Positions 7,623 to 15,737 of a DNA stretch of 40,961 nucleotides are shown in pieces. The DNA is from Flavobacteriales bacterium CG_4_9_14_3_um_filter_32_8. GTDB lineage: Bacteria; Bacteroidota; Bacteroidia; Flavobacteriales_E; Vicingaceae. Each line of letters begins with the position of its first letter. Position 1 is the first letter of the stretch. Both the position numbers and the translations under genes were made by a program. Under the pieces are notes generated by a model. That model ran no database searches. It was not told the origin of the DNA and saw only the letters and a program-made list of their open reading frames with translations. Location of the stretch: positions 1-40,961 of the forward strand of contig PFUQ01000174.1 in assembly GCA_002790175.1 (NCBI GenBank), given 5' to 3'.

Positions 7623-8021
7623 TGGAGTCGGAGGGATTCGAACCCTCGTCCAAACAAGGAACTAATAAGCTTTCTTCATGTGTAGCTTTTATTTAATTGT
7701 TAGACTTAAAGCAGGTTAAAAGCCACCAACCTTAAGCTTAAGCTTCTTTAGTTTCGCCAATAAACCGAAGCAATTTATTGACTAGTTTGAAATGATGATA
7801 CCTCTAATACACCCGTTAACAAACAGAACAGTTGTGAGGTAAATGGTTCTACCCCTCTAAGGAGTAGAATTAAGCAAATCCGACTAAGTCGAGATTAGGC
7901 AGCCATTGCATAGTTATTTTCGCCAATTAGCGATTTGAGAGCCGATATTTACGAGCCAACTCACAATGCTCGACATGCTTACCTATCCATTCATCTTGCT
8001 GTCAAAACCAAAAACGACCCC
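7623..8021 (-). ncRNA. ssrA: tmRNA (transfer-messenger RNA)
   Basis: On the minus strand the 5' end is GGGGTCGTTTTTGGTTTTGAC. The 3' end is ...GAGGGTTCGAATCCCTCCGACTCCA (T-arm plus acceptor pairing with the 5' end, CCA not encoded). The internal tag ORF GGC GAA AAT AAC TAT GCA ATG GCT GCC TAA (7924-7895) encodes GENNYAMAA, the Bacteroidota-type tag. Confidence 0.93.
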
Positions 8022-8046
8022 AGTAATTTCAATGAACTAACTCCCG

Positions 8047-8054
8047 CAAAATTA
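8047..8054 (-). promoter_or_regulatory. TAATTTTG (-7 box, TAnnTTTG) candidate ssrA promoter
   Basis: Exact match to the Bacteroidota -7 consensus ~26 nt upstream of the mature tmRNA 5' end. This is consistent with a short RNase P-processed leader. Confidence 0.35.
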
Positions 8055-8105
8055 AAGAAATTTAACTCAAACTTGTTTATTTTGTTAAAAAACATAAACT
8101 TTCAT

Positions 8106-8113
8106 TACATTTG
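8106..8113 (+). promoter_or_regulatory. TACATTTG (-7 box) candidate promoter of the 8119 gene
   Basis: Exact TAnnTTTG only 5 nt before the ATG, which implies a leaderless or near-leaderless mRNA. Confidence 0.35.
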
Positions 8114-8118
8114 TAGGC

Positions 8119-9330
8119 ATGAAAATTGGGATTATAAAAGAAGGGAAAACACCTCCTGATGAAAGAGCTCCTCTTTCACCTAAGCAATGTAAAGAAGTTA
8201 TTGAAAAATTTAAGAAAGTGAGTTTGGTGGTTCAAAAAAGCCAAGTGAGGAGATTTAAGGCTGAAGAATTTGAAGAAAATGGTATTGAATTAGTCGATTC
8301 TGTTGCTGATTGTGACATTTTAATGGGAGTAAAAGAAGTTCCTATTACTGATTTAATTCCAAATAAAACCTACTTCTTTTTTTCCCACACCATAAAAAAG
8401 CAAGCTTACAATAGAAATTTATTGAAAGCAATGTTAGCCAAAAAAATTACCATGGTAGATTATGAAACCCTTACCAATGAATTTGGAACTCGATTAATTG
8501 GTTTTGGTTATTATGCTGGGGTTGTTGGCTCTTACAATACCTTTTATGCTTACGGTAAACGAACAGGTCTTTTTGATTTAAAAAGAGCTTATTTGTGTCA
8601 TGATAAAGCCGAAATGTTAACCAATCTTAGAAAAGTTCAGTTACCAGAAAATTATAAAATTGTGATAACTGGTGGTGGAAGAGTTGCAAGTGGTGTCATT
8701 AGAATTTTAGAACAATTAAATATTAATAAAGTTTCTCCCGAAGATTTTATTACAAAAAACTATAATGAACCTGTTTATACTCAACTTTTCCCTGAAGATT
8801 ATTACAAGAGAATTGACAATAAACCTTTTACAAGAAAAGAGTTTTACGAGAATTCCATAGGTTATGAATCTAATTTCATGAAATATGCTCAAGTTGCCGA
8901 AATGTATATTTCTTGTCATTTTTGGGCAAAAGGTTCTCCACTTATCATTTCTAATGAAGCCATTAAATCTAGTACATTTAATATAAAAATTATTGGCGAT
9001 ATTAGTTGCGATGTTGATGGACCCATCGCTAGTACAATAAGACCATCAACAATTACTAATCCTCTTTACGGTTATCACCCAATCAATGAAAGTGAAGTTG
9101 CTTTTGATGATGAAAATGCAATTACAGTAATGGCTGTTGATAATTTACCATGCGAATTGCCAAAAGATGCTTCTGCAGGTTTTGGTAGAGAATTAATTGA
9201 TAAAATTTTTCCTCACATTATCAATGATAAGGAAGGAGTTATTGAAAGAGCTACTATTTGTAAAGATGGTAAGTTAATGAATCGCTTCGAGTACTTGAGA
9301 GATTATGTGAATGGTGAAATTATGGTCTGA
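8119..9330 (+). CDS. AlaDH/PNT-family dehydrogenase, lysine-ketoglutarate reductase / saccharopine dehydrogenase (L-lysine-forming)-like
   Basis: 403 aa. MKIGIIKEGKTPPDERAPLSP, GVKEVP, KTYFFFSHTIKKQAYN, MVDYE and the Rossmann motif VITGGGRVASG match the LKR domain pattern. Confidence 0.75.
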   Translation: MKIGIIKEGKTPPDERAPLSPKQCKEVIEKFKKVSLVVQKSQVRRFKAEEFEENGIELVDSVADCDILMGVKEVPITDLIPNKTYFFFSHTIKKQAYNRNLLKAMLAKKITMVDYETLTNEFGTRLIGFGYYAGVVGSYNTFYAYGKRTGLFDLKRAYLCHDKAEMLTNLRKVQLPENYKIVITGGGRVASGVIRILEQLNINKVSPEDFITKNYNEPVYTQLFPEDYYKRIDNKPFTRKEFYENSIGYESNFMKYAQVAEMYISCHFWAKGSPLIISNEAIKSSTFNIKIIGDISCDVDGPIASTIRPSTITNPLYGYHPINESEVAFDDENAITVMAVDNLPCELPKDASAGFGRELIDKIFPHIINDKEGVIERATICKDGKLMNRFEYLRDYVNGEIMV

Positions 9331-10168
9331 TTATTTTATTTTTTCCAACTATTTTCTTTAATAAATAATAAAAATATTCCGTTTTAATTATTTCCTTTCC
9401 TCCTTGCTGCAATTCCATTGGAATTCGTTGTAGATGATTTTTTATAGTATCATCCTTTAATCCTGCACATCCAAAAGTTAAATCCACCTCATTTTTAATT
9501 GCAGCAAAAAATTGATGAGAAACTCCGAAATCAGTAAATGGAAATGAAAATACGTTATACTCTAAATTATATGGAGTTATTACAGCTTTTATACTTTCTT
9601 TAGTTTGAGTAATTTGCTCTTCTAACTTGATTTGATTATACAAAGGATGGTTTTTACTGTGAGCACCAACAGTAAAACCTTGTTGTATTAATTGTTCTAT
9701 TTGTGGTGAAGTTAAATAAGGCTTCTCATTTTTTAAGTATTCTTCAAAGTCAATGTTATTTTCTTTAGCCAATTCATCTAAAATTTCTTTTTCTGAATAA
9801 GAAATATCCAATAACCCTTTTGCAACTAATTTTTCTGCTAAAATACTTGCTTTAAAACGATAAAAAATAGCTTTATTATCAATAAAATCAGAATTTAAAA
9901 ATATGGTTGCAGGAATTCCTTGTTCTTTTAAAATTGGAGCAGCAACATCATAAAAATCTCTTAATCCATCATCAAAAGTCAAGTGAAAATAATTTTTTTT
10001 TAGCGGTTTATCTTCTTTTACCAATCGAATAAGTTCTTTTAATTCAATGGGTTCGAAGTATTTTAAAAAATAAGCTAAATCTGCTTTAAATAATTGACTA
10101 CTTCGAGGTTGATACAAATGTTTTAAATGGAATGGAACATTATCTGAAACTGCATGGTAGAATGGCAA
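9320..10168 (-). CDS. polysaccharide deacetylase (NodB homology) family protein
   Basis: HLTFDDGLRDFYDVAAPILKEQGIPATIFL and GAHSKNHP motifs. The called start is TTG, and the frame stays open upstream to the neighbour's stop, so the true start is uncertain. Confidence 0.8.
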   Translation of the reverse strand: MPFYHAVSDNVPFHLKHLYQPRSSQLFKADLAYFLKYFEPIELKELIRLVKEDKPLKKNYFHLTFDDGLRDFYDVAAPILKEQGIPATIFLNSDFIDNKAIFYRFKASILAEKLVAKGLLDISYSEKEILDELAKENNIDFEEYLKNEKPYLTSPQIEQLIQQGFTVGAHSKNHPLYNQIKLEEQITQTKESIKAVITPYNLEYNVFSFPFTDFGVSHQFFAAIKNEVDLTFGCAGLKDDTIKNHLQRIPMELQQGGKEIIKTEYFYYLLKKIVGKNKIIRP

Positions 10169-10261
10169 AATAATTTTTTTCCCTGTTAATCCAATTAATA
10201 GATTTTGACTAAAAATTTTAGCTCCTAAACTCGAAATATTTTTTGCTAAGTCCTTGATGAT

Positions 10262-11200
10262 TTAGTAGTTTAAAAGTTTTAAAACTTTAGAATTAGTTTT
10301 ACTAATTTGAAAATAAGAGGTTTGAATACCTCCAAAAGCCCTAAAATAACGTTCGATAGATTCCACCATGCTTCCTTCAAAGTTAAATGCTGTTGTTTTT
10401 TTAGCTGATTTTTTGATGGCTTCCCACAACAACAAACTCATAGAACCAGATGTTTTAAACTTAGTAGTTGTAACTCCATGTAAATAATAGGCAGAAACCT
10501 TATCCCACACATAAAATAATATAGAATGAATATTTCCTTGTTCATCTTTAGCCATTAACAATTCACCACAATGGGATGATTTACAAAAATCAAAGACCTT
10601 TTTTAATTTAGAAAAAGGAATAGGATAATTCTCTTTATTATCTTGATACACTTTTAATTTCAATTGATACAGTAATGAAATATCGTCAATCGTTTCGATA
10701 GTCAACAGTTTTTCAGCTTTTCGAATTTCCCTTCTTATATTTTCCTTAAAATCAGCAAACACTTTTTCGGTATCAGTTAAATCATTAATAATATAGGTAT
10801 ATCTAGTTGATTGTTGAAATCCTTTCCAATTAAATGGTAACCAATTGGTAAATTCTGGTAAAAAATTTTGTTTAAATGCATCTACTTTTGGTAACTGTTC
10901 AATCATACTTGTAAGCACTTCTTTCTCAAATCCAACTTTATTGGTGTACTTTTGATTTTTAGGGTAATTGAGCCACACCCCTTGATACGGACACAGAAAT
11001 TGAGGAGTTATTATTTTAAAACTTTTCTTTTTAGTAATCACATAGGGTAAAAATCCTAAAACATTTTCACCTTTAGTTTCAATAACCACATCCCATTCTT
11101 CCTTTTTGTAAATTGCATCAAACCATTGGTATTGAAGAAATAAAGGAATAGATTTCTCTTCCTCACAAAATTTTTGATATACTAATTTAGTAGTGGTCAT
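10262..11200 (-). CDS. FemAB-like / GNAT-fold acyltransferase family protein
   Basis: 312 aa. The size and the C-terminal FNFEGS...IERYFRAFGG segment resemble the FemAB/BioF2-like acetyltransferase family. Assignment is by eye only. Confidence 0.55.
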   Translation of the reverse strand: MTTTKLVYQKFCEEEKSIPLFLQYQWFDAIYKKEEWDVVIETKGENVLGFLPYVITKKKSFKIITPQFLCPYQGVWLNYPKNQKYTNKVGFEKEVLTSMIEQLPKVDAFKQNFLPEFTNWLPFNWKGFQQSTRYTYIINDLTDTEKVFADFKENIRREIRKAEKLLTIETIDDISLLYQLKLKVYQDNKENYPIPFSKLKKVFDFCKSSHCGELLMAKDEQGNIHSILFYVWDKVSAYYLHGVTTTKFKTSGSMSLLLWEAIKKSAKKTTAFNFEGSMVESIERYFRAFGGIQTSYFQISKTNSKVLKLLNY

Positions 11201-11257
11201 ATAACTTCCAAAAATAGCTTTAAAATTTATAAACCGTAAAAAACTATTTTTATTTTA

Positions 11258-11265
11258 TAATTTTG
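11258..11265 (+). promoter_or_regulatory. TAATTTTG (-7 box) candidate pdhB promoter
   Basis: Exact TAnnTTTG 69 nt upstream of the pdhB ATG. Confidence 0.3.
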
Positions 11266-11333
11266 AAGTCTTAATTGATTTAGGTTTTAGTTTGTCGTTA
11301 TAAACTTTAAACTTATCAACATTAAACTACATT

Positions 11334-12311
11334 ATGAGGCAAATACAATATAGAGAGGCTTTAAACGAAGCCATGTGTGAAGAAATGCGTAAAGATGATT
11401 CCATTGTTTTAATGGGTGAAGAAGTTGCTGAATACGATGGTGCATACAAAGTAAGCAAAGGTATGCTGGCTGAATTTGGTCCAAAAAGAATAATTGATAC
11501 ACCCATTGCTGAAAATGGATTTACAGGTATTGCTGTGGGAGCAGCTATGAATGGTTTACGACCAATTGTTGAATACATGACCTGGAATTTTTCATTAGTA
11601 GCCATCGATCAAATTATAAATAATGCAGCGAAAATGCGTAATATGTCGGGCGGACAATTAAACATTCCTATTGTTTTTAGGGGAGGAACTGGTTCTGCGG
11701 GGCAATTAGGTGCTACACATTCACAAGATTTTTCCAACTGGTATGCCAATTGTCCAGGATTAAAAGTGATTCAACCTTCTAACCCAAAAGATGCTAAAGG
11801 TTTGTTAAAAGCATCAATTAGAGATAATGATCCTGTTATTTTTATGGAATCAGAGCAAATGTATGGCGATAAAGGAGAGGTTCCAGAAGGTGAATACATT
11901 ATTCCTATTGGTGTTGCAGACGTTGTAAGAGAAGGGAAAGATGTTACCATTGCTAGTTTCGGAAAAATGATGAAATTAGTAAATACTGCAGCACACGAAT
12001 TGGCAAAAGAAGGGATTAATGCAGAAGTAATAGATTTAAGAACATTGCGCCCTATTGATTATAATACTATAATAAAATCTGTTAAGAAAACGAACAGAAT
12101 GGTTTTTGTAGAAGAATCTTGGCCTTTGGGTTGCTTTGCATCAGAAGTAACTTATAAAGTGCAAAACGAAGCTTTTGATTATTTAGATGCTCCAATTATT
12201 AGAATTACTGGGGCAGATGTTCCTATGAGCTTCTCTCCACCATTAATAGAAGCATACTTGCCCAATGTTGATAAAATCATTAAAGCAGTAAAACAGGTAA
12301 TGTATAAATAA
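11334..12311 (+). CDS. pdhB: pyruvate dehydrogenase E1 component beta subunit
   Basis: 325 aa. YREALNEAMCEEMRKDDSIVLMGEEVAEYDGAYKVSKGMLAEFGPKRIIDTPIAENGFTGIAVGAAMNGLRP is a typical E1-beta (transketolase pyrimidine-binding plus C-terminal domain) sequence. Confidence 0.93.
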   Translation: MRQIQYREALNEAMCEEMRKDDSIVLMGEEVAEYDGAYKVSKGMLAEFGPKRIIDTPIAENGFTGIAVGAAMNGLRPIVEYMTWNFSLVAIDQIINNAAKMRNMSGGQLNIPIVFRGGTGSAGQLGATHSQDFSNWYANCPGLKVIQPSNPKDAKGLLKASIRDNDPVIFMESEQMYGDKGEVPEGEYIIPIGVADVVREGKDVTIASFGKMMKLVNTAAHELAKEGINAEVIDLRTLRPIDYNTIIKSVKKTNRMVFVEESWPLGCFASEVTYKVQNEAFDYLDAPIIRITGADVPMSFSPPLIEAYLPNVDKIIKAVKQVMYK

Positions 12312-12315
12312 GAAA

Positions 12316-12366
12316 GGGACAGGAGACAAGGGAAGGGGAAAGGGGGATAGGGGACAAGGGATAGGG
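12316..12366 (+). repeat. G-tract array (GGG/GGGG/GGGGG separated by 2-4 nt), G-quadruplex-capable, within a ~170-bp purine-rich tract
   Basis: Read directly: GGGacaGGagacaaGGGaaGGGGaaaGGGGGataGGGGacaaGGGataGGG, starting 5 nt after the pdhB stop. GGGGttaGGGG follows at 12410-12420. Confidence 0.85.
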
Positions 12367-12528
12367 AAAGTGAAATGGCATGTGAGTTAGGATTTTCCCT
12401 CTAAAAATAGGGGTTAGGGGTGTGTAAAAATTAGAAATGGAAAGAGAAAATGTGAAATAAGAAAGATGAAATATGATGGGACAAGGAAAAGAAAAAAAAC
12501 TTTACGTCTCTGCGAGAAATCCCAATAG

Positions 12529-12612
12529 CAAGAAGTCCAAAGTCGGAAGTAACGTCAAGCTTCGACCTTCCTCCGTCAGCTGACGGATTCGGTCTCCTGA
12601 CTTCCTGTTTTT
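12529..12612 (+). terminator. GC-rich multi-hairpin block ending in T5 (possible distal pdhB terminator or structured RNA)
   Basis: Outer stem agaagtc/gacttc (12532-12537 / 12599-12604), hairpin ggaag...cttcc (12545-12571) and a perfect 16-nt palindrome tccgtcagctgacgga (12572-12587), then ttttt at 12608-12612. Confidence 0.35.
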
Positions 12613-12666
12613 AACGACTAATATGAAATTATTCATTAATCATTATTCATTATACATTAAAATCTC

Positions 12667-12674
12667 TACTTTTG
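12667..12674 (+). promoter_or_regulatory. TACTTTTG (-7 box) candidate hppA promoter
   Basis: Exact TAnnTTTG 44 nt upstream of the ATG at 12718. Confidence 0.4.
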
Positions 12675-12717
12675 CCGTCCTAAAAAAACAAAATAGTACA
12701 ACAAAATAAATAACAGT

Positions 12718-15477
12718 ATGGGTTCAATAATGATTTACTTACCAATTTTAATGGCTTTTATCGGTCTAATTTTTATGGCTGCTAAAAGAGCATGGGTATT
12801 AAAACAAGATGCTGGTGATGGTAAAATGAAAGAGATTTCTGACCACATTTATGAAGGTGCATTGGCATTTTTAAAAGCAGAATATCGGTTACTTGCCATT
12901 TTTGTAATTGGAGCAAGTATTGTTTTAGCAGGAATTTCTTTTATTGTTCCTACTACTCACATATTAATAGTAGTAGCTTTTATTTTCGGTGCATTCTTTT
13001 CTGCTTTAGCTGGAAACATGGGAATGAAAATAGCAACCAAAACCAATGTAAGAACTACTCAAGCTGCACGTACTAGTTTACCACAAGCTCTAAAAGTTTC
13101 TTTTGGTGGTGGAACTGTAATGGGATTAGGTGTTGCTGGTCTAGCAGTTTTAGGTTTAACAGGTTTCTTTATCTTATTATTCAACTTTTTCATGAAAGGT
13201 GTCTGGACTTCAACCGAAGACATGACCATTGTGTTGGAAACTTTAGCAGGATTTTCATTAGGTGCTGAATCTATTGCATTATTTGCTCGTGTTGGTGGTG
13301 GTATTTATACCAAAGCTGCCGATGTTGGTGCTGATTTAGTAGGTAAAGTTGAAGCAGGTATTCCTGAAGATGATCCTCGTAATCCGGCTACAATTGCCGA
13401 TAATGTAGGCGATAATGTGGGCGATGTTGCAGGTATGGGTGCCGATTTATTTGGTTCTTATGTTGCTACAGTTTTAGCTGCAATGGTTTTAGGAAACTAT
13501 GTAATTAAAGACATGGGCGGAGCTATTTCAGATATTTTTGGAGGAATAGGACCTATCTTATTACCAATGGCAATTGCTGGTTTTGGAATTTTGTTTTCCA
13601 TCATTGGAACCATGTTGGTTAAACTAACCAATAAAGAAGCAAAAGAAAAACAAGTCCAAAATGCGTTGAACAAAGGAAATTGGGCTTCTATTATATTAAC
13701 AGCCATTGCTTGTTTTGTGTTGGTGAAATATATGTTGCCACCAACTATGAAAATGAACTTTTTTGGTGAAGGAATAATAGAAATATCTTCATTAAGAGTA
13801 TTTTACGCAACCATAGTAGGTTTAGCTGTAGGAGGAGTAATTTCATCTATAACTGAATATTACACTGGTTTAGGCACTAGACCTGTTTTACGAATTGTTG
13901 AAAAATCAAGTACTGGAGCTGGAACTAACGTAATTGCTGGATTAGCAACTGGTATGATTTCTACTTTTCCTACTGTATTAATATTTGCAGCTGCAATTTG
14001 GGCTTCTTATTCTTTTGCAGGATTTTATGGTGTTGCTTTAGCTGCTTCTGCCATGATGGCAACAACAGCCATGCAATTGGCTATCGATGCTTTTGGACCA
14101 ATTTCTGATAATGCTGGTGGAATTGCTGAAATGAGTGAATTGCCCAAAGAAGTAAGAACTCGTACTGATATTTTAGATTCTGTAGGTAATACAACTGCTG
14201 CTACTGGCAAAGGTTTTGCCATTGCTTCTGCTGCTTTAACCTCTTTGGCATTATTTGCTGCTTATGTTACGTTTACTGGAATTGATGGAATTAATATTTT
14301 TAAAGCACCAGTTTTAGCTATGTTATTTGTTGGTGGTATGATTCCAGTAGTTTTCTCTGCATTAGCAATGAACTCTGTCGGTAAAGCTGCCATGGATATG
14401 GTGTATGAAGTACGTCGTCAGTTTAAAGAAATTCCTGGCATTATGGAGGGTACTGGAAAACCTGAATATGGTAAATGTGTCGAAATATCTACTAAAGCAG
14501 CATTAAGAGAGATGATGTTACCAGGTATTTTAACCATCGGTTTTCCTATATTAGTAGTAACATTACCTATGTTATTGGGATATGATAACAAATTAATTGC
14601 TGAAATGCTAGGTGGTTATATGGCTGGAGTTACCGTTTCTGGAGTACTTTGGGCAATTTTTCAAAACAATGCTGGTGGTGCTTGGGACAATGCAAAAAAA
14701 TCGTTTGAAGCTGGTGTTATGATTAATGGTGAAATGACTTATAAAGGCTCTGATGCTCATAAAGCTGCTGTAACAGGTGATACTGTTGGTGATCCTTTTA
14801 AAGATACTTCTGGTCCTTCTATGAACATTTTAATTAAATTGACTTGTTTAATTGGTTTAGTGATTGCACCTATATTAGGTGGTCACACTACTGATGCTGC
14901 TACAAAAGAAACTGAAACTATTGCTGAAAATGTAATTATTGAAGAAACTCCTGCTACTCCTAGTATAGATGAGTTAACTGGAGAATGGGTGTTGGATGAA
15001 TCACATTCTTATGTAGAGTTTTCCATTCGTCACTTATTGGCAACATCTAAAGGAAGTTTCCAAAAAGTTAGTGGATTTGTAAACTTCTCAGATACTACAA
15101 CTAAAATGAATATCACCATTGATGTAAATTCTGTTTATACAGGTAATGAAAAAAGAGATAATCATTTAAAAGGGGAGGAGATGTTTAATTTGGCAAAATA
15201 CCCAACGATAACTTTTGTAGCCAATCAGGTTATTAAAACAGTTGATGGATATTTGGCTAAAGGAAAACTTACAATAATGGAAACTACTAAAGACGTTGAA
15301 ATTCCTTTCAATTATTTTGGAAAACAAGATACTCCTTGGGGTTTTCCATCAGCAGCATTTGCTGGTGGAATAATTATTAATAAAAATGATTTCGGCTTAA
15401 CTTATGGTAGTGGAATATTAGGAGAAGATGTGAAAATGGAGTTTGCAGTAGAGCTAAACCCTAAGAAAGCAGAGTAA
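12718..15477 (+). CDS. hppA: membrane-bound (K+-dependent type) ion-translocating pyrophosphatase fused to a C-terminal YceI-like domain
   Basis: 919 aa. PPase motifs include [55 protein letters not shown] (Ala at the K+-dependence position) and [14 protein letters not shown]. After a ~30-aa Thr/Glu linker, residues ~752-919 read [16 protein letters not shown]...[26 protein letters not shown], a YceI family pattern. Confidence 0.9.
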   Translation: MGSIMIYLPILMAFIGLIFMAAKRAWVLKQDAGDGKMKEISDHIYEGALAFLKAEYRLLAIFVIGASIVLAGISFIVPTTHILIVVAFIFGAFFSALAGNMGMKIATKTNVRTTQAARTSLPQALKVSFGGGTVMGLGVAGLAVLGLTGFFILLFNFFMKGVWTSTEDMTIVLETLAGFSLGAESIALFARVGGGIYTKAADVGADLVGKVEAGIPEDDPRNPATIADNVGDNVGDVAGMGADLFGSYVATVLAAMVLGNYVIKDMGGAISDIFGGIGPILLPMAIAGFGILFSIIGTMLVKLTNKEAKEKQVQNALNKGNWASIILTAIACFVLVKYMLPPTMKMNFFGEGIIEISSLRVFYATIVGLAVGGVISSITEYYTGLGTRPVLRIVEKSSTGAGTNVIAGLATGMISTFPTVLIFAAAIWASYSFAGFYGVALAASAMMATTAMQLAIDAFGPISDNAGGIAEMSELPKEVRTRTDILDSVGNTTAATGKGFAIASAALTSLALFAAYVTFTGIDGINIFKAPVLAMLFVGGMIPVVFSALAMNSVGKAAMDMVYEVRRQFKEIPGIMEGTGKPEYGKCVEISTKAALREMMLPGILTIGFPILVVTLPMLLGYDNKLIAEMLGGYMAGVTVSGVLWAIFQNNAGGAWDNAKKSFEAGVMINGEMTYKGSDAHKAAVTGDTVGDPFKDTSGPSMNILIKLTCLIGLVIAPILGGHTTDAATKETETIAENVIIEETPATPSIDELTGEWVLDESHSYVEFSIRHLLATSKGSFQKVSGFVNFSDTTTKMNITIDVNSVYTGNEKRDNHLKGEEMFNLAKYPTITFVANQVIKTVDGYLAKGKLTIMETTKDVEIPFNYFGKQDTPWGFPSAAFAGGIIINKNDFGLTYGSGILGEDVKMEFAVELNPKKAE

Positions 15478-15669
15478 GATGTTGTTATTAATAAAAAAAA
15501 ATTGTTAATAAAATGTTATTTTTTAGATAGAATAGCTGGGTAATTTTTATTTCATTTGCTTTGTATTATTAATAATAACCTAAGTTTGACTTATAAACAA
15601 TGATGTTAATAAGTTTTAACAATTGTTAATATTATATAAAAAAACTTGCGAGATATAAAAAAAATGTAG

Positions 15670-15677
15670 TAAGTTTG
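15670..15677 (+). promoter_or_regulatory. TAAGTTTG (-7 box) candidate promoter of the OMP gene (second copy at 15581-15588)
   Basis: Exact TAnnTTTG 60 nt upstream of the ATG at 15738, with a TTG ~21 nt further upstream. Confidence 0.35.
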
Positions 15678-15737
15678 TTGCGAACTAAATATTTTATAAA
15701 TAAATAATTAATTAAAGTTTAACTAAAACAATTTGTA

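Noticed and set aside
7935-8159. 74-aa + strand ORF on the track
   Set aside because: It lies antisense across the 5' part of ssrA and the ssrA promoter, then runs into the start of the 8119 gene. The region is explained by the tmRNA and the promoters, and the translation is not protein-like.
12529-12612. Possible tRNA or tRNA-like gene in the GC-rich block
   Set aside because: An acceptor-like outer stem exists, but there is no T-loop (GTTCRA) in the right place, the D and anticodon arms cannot be drawn, and the lengths do not fit a cloverleaf.
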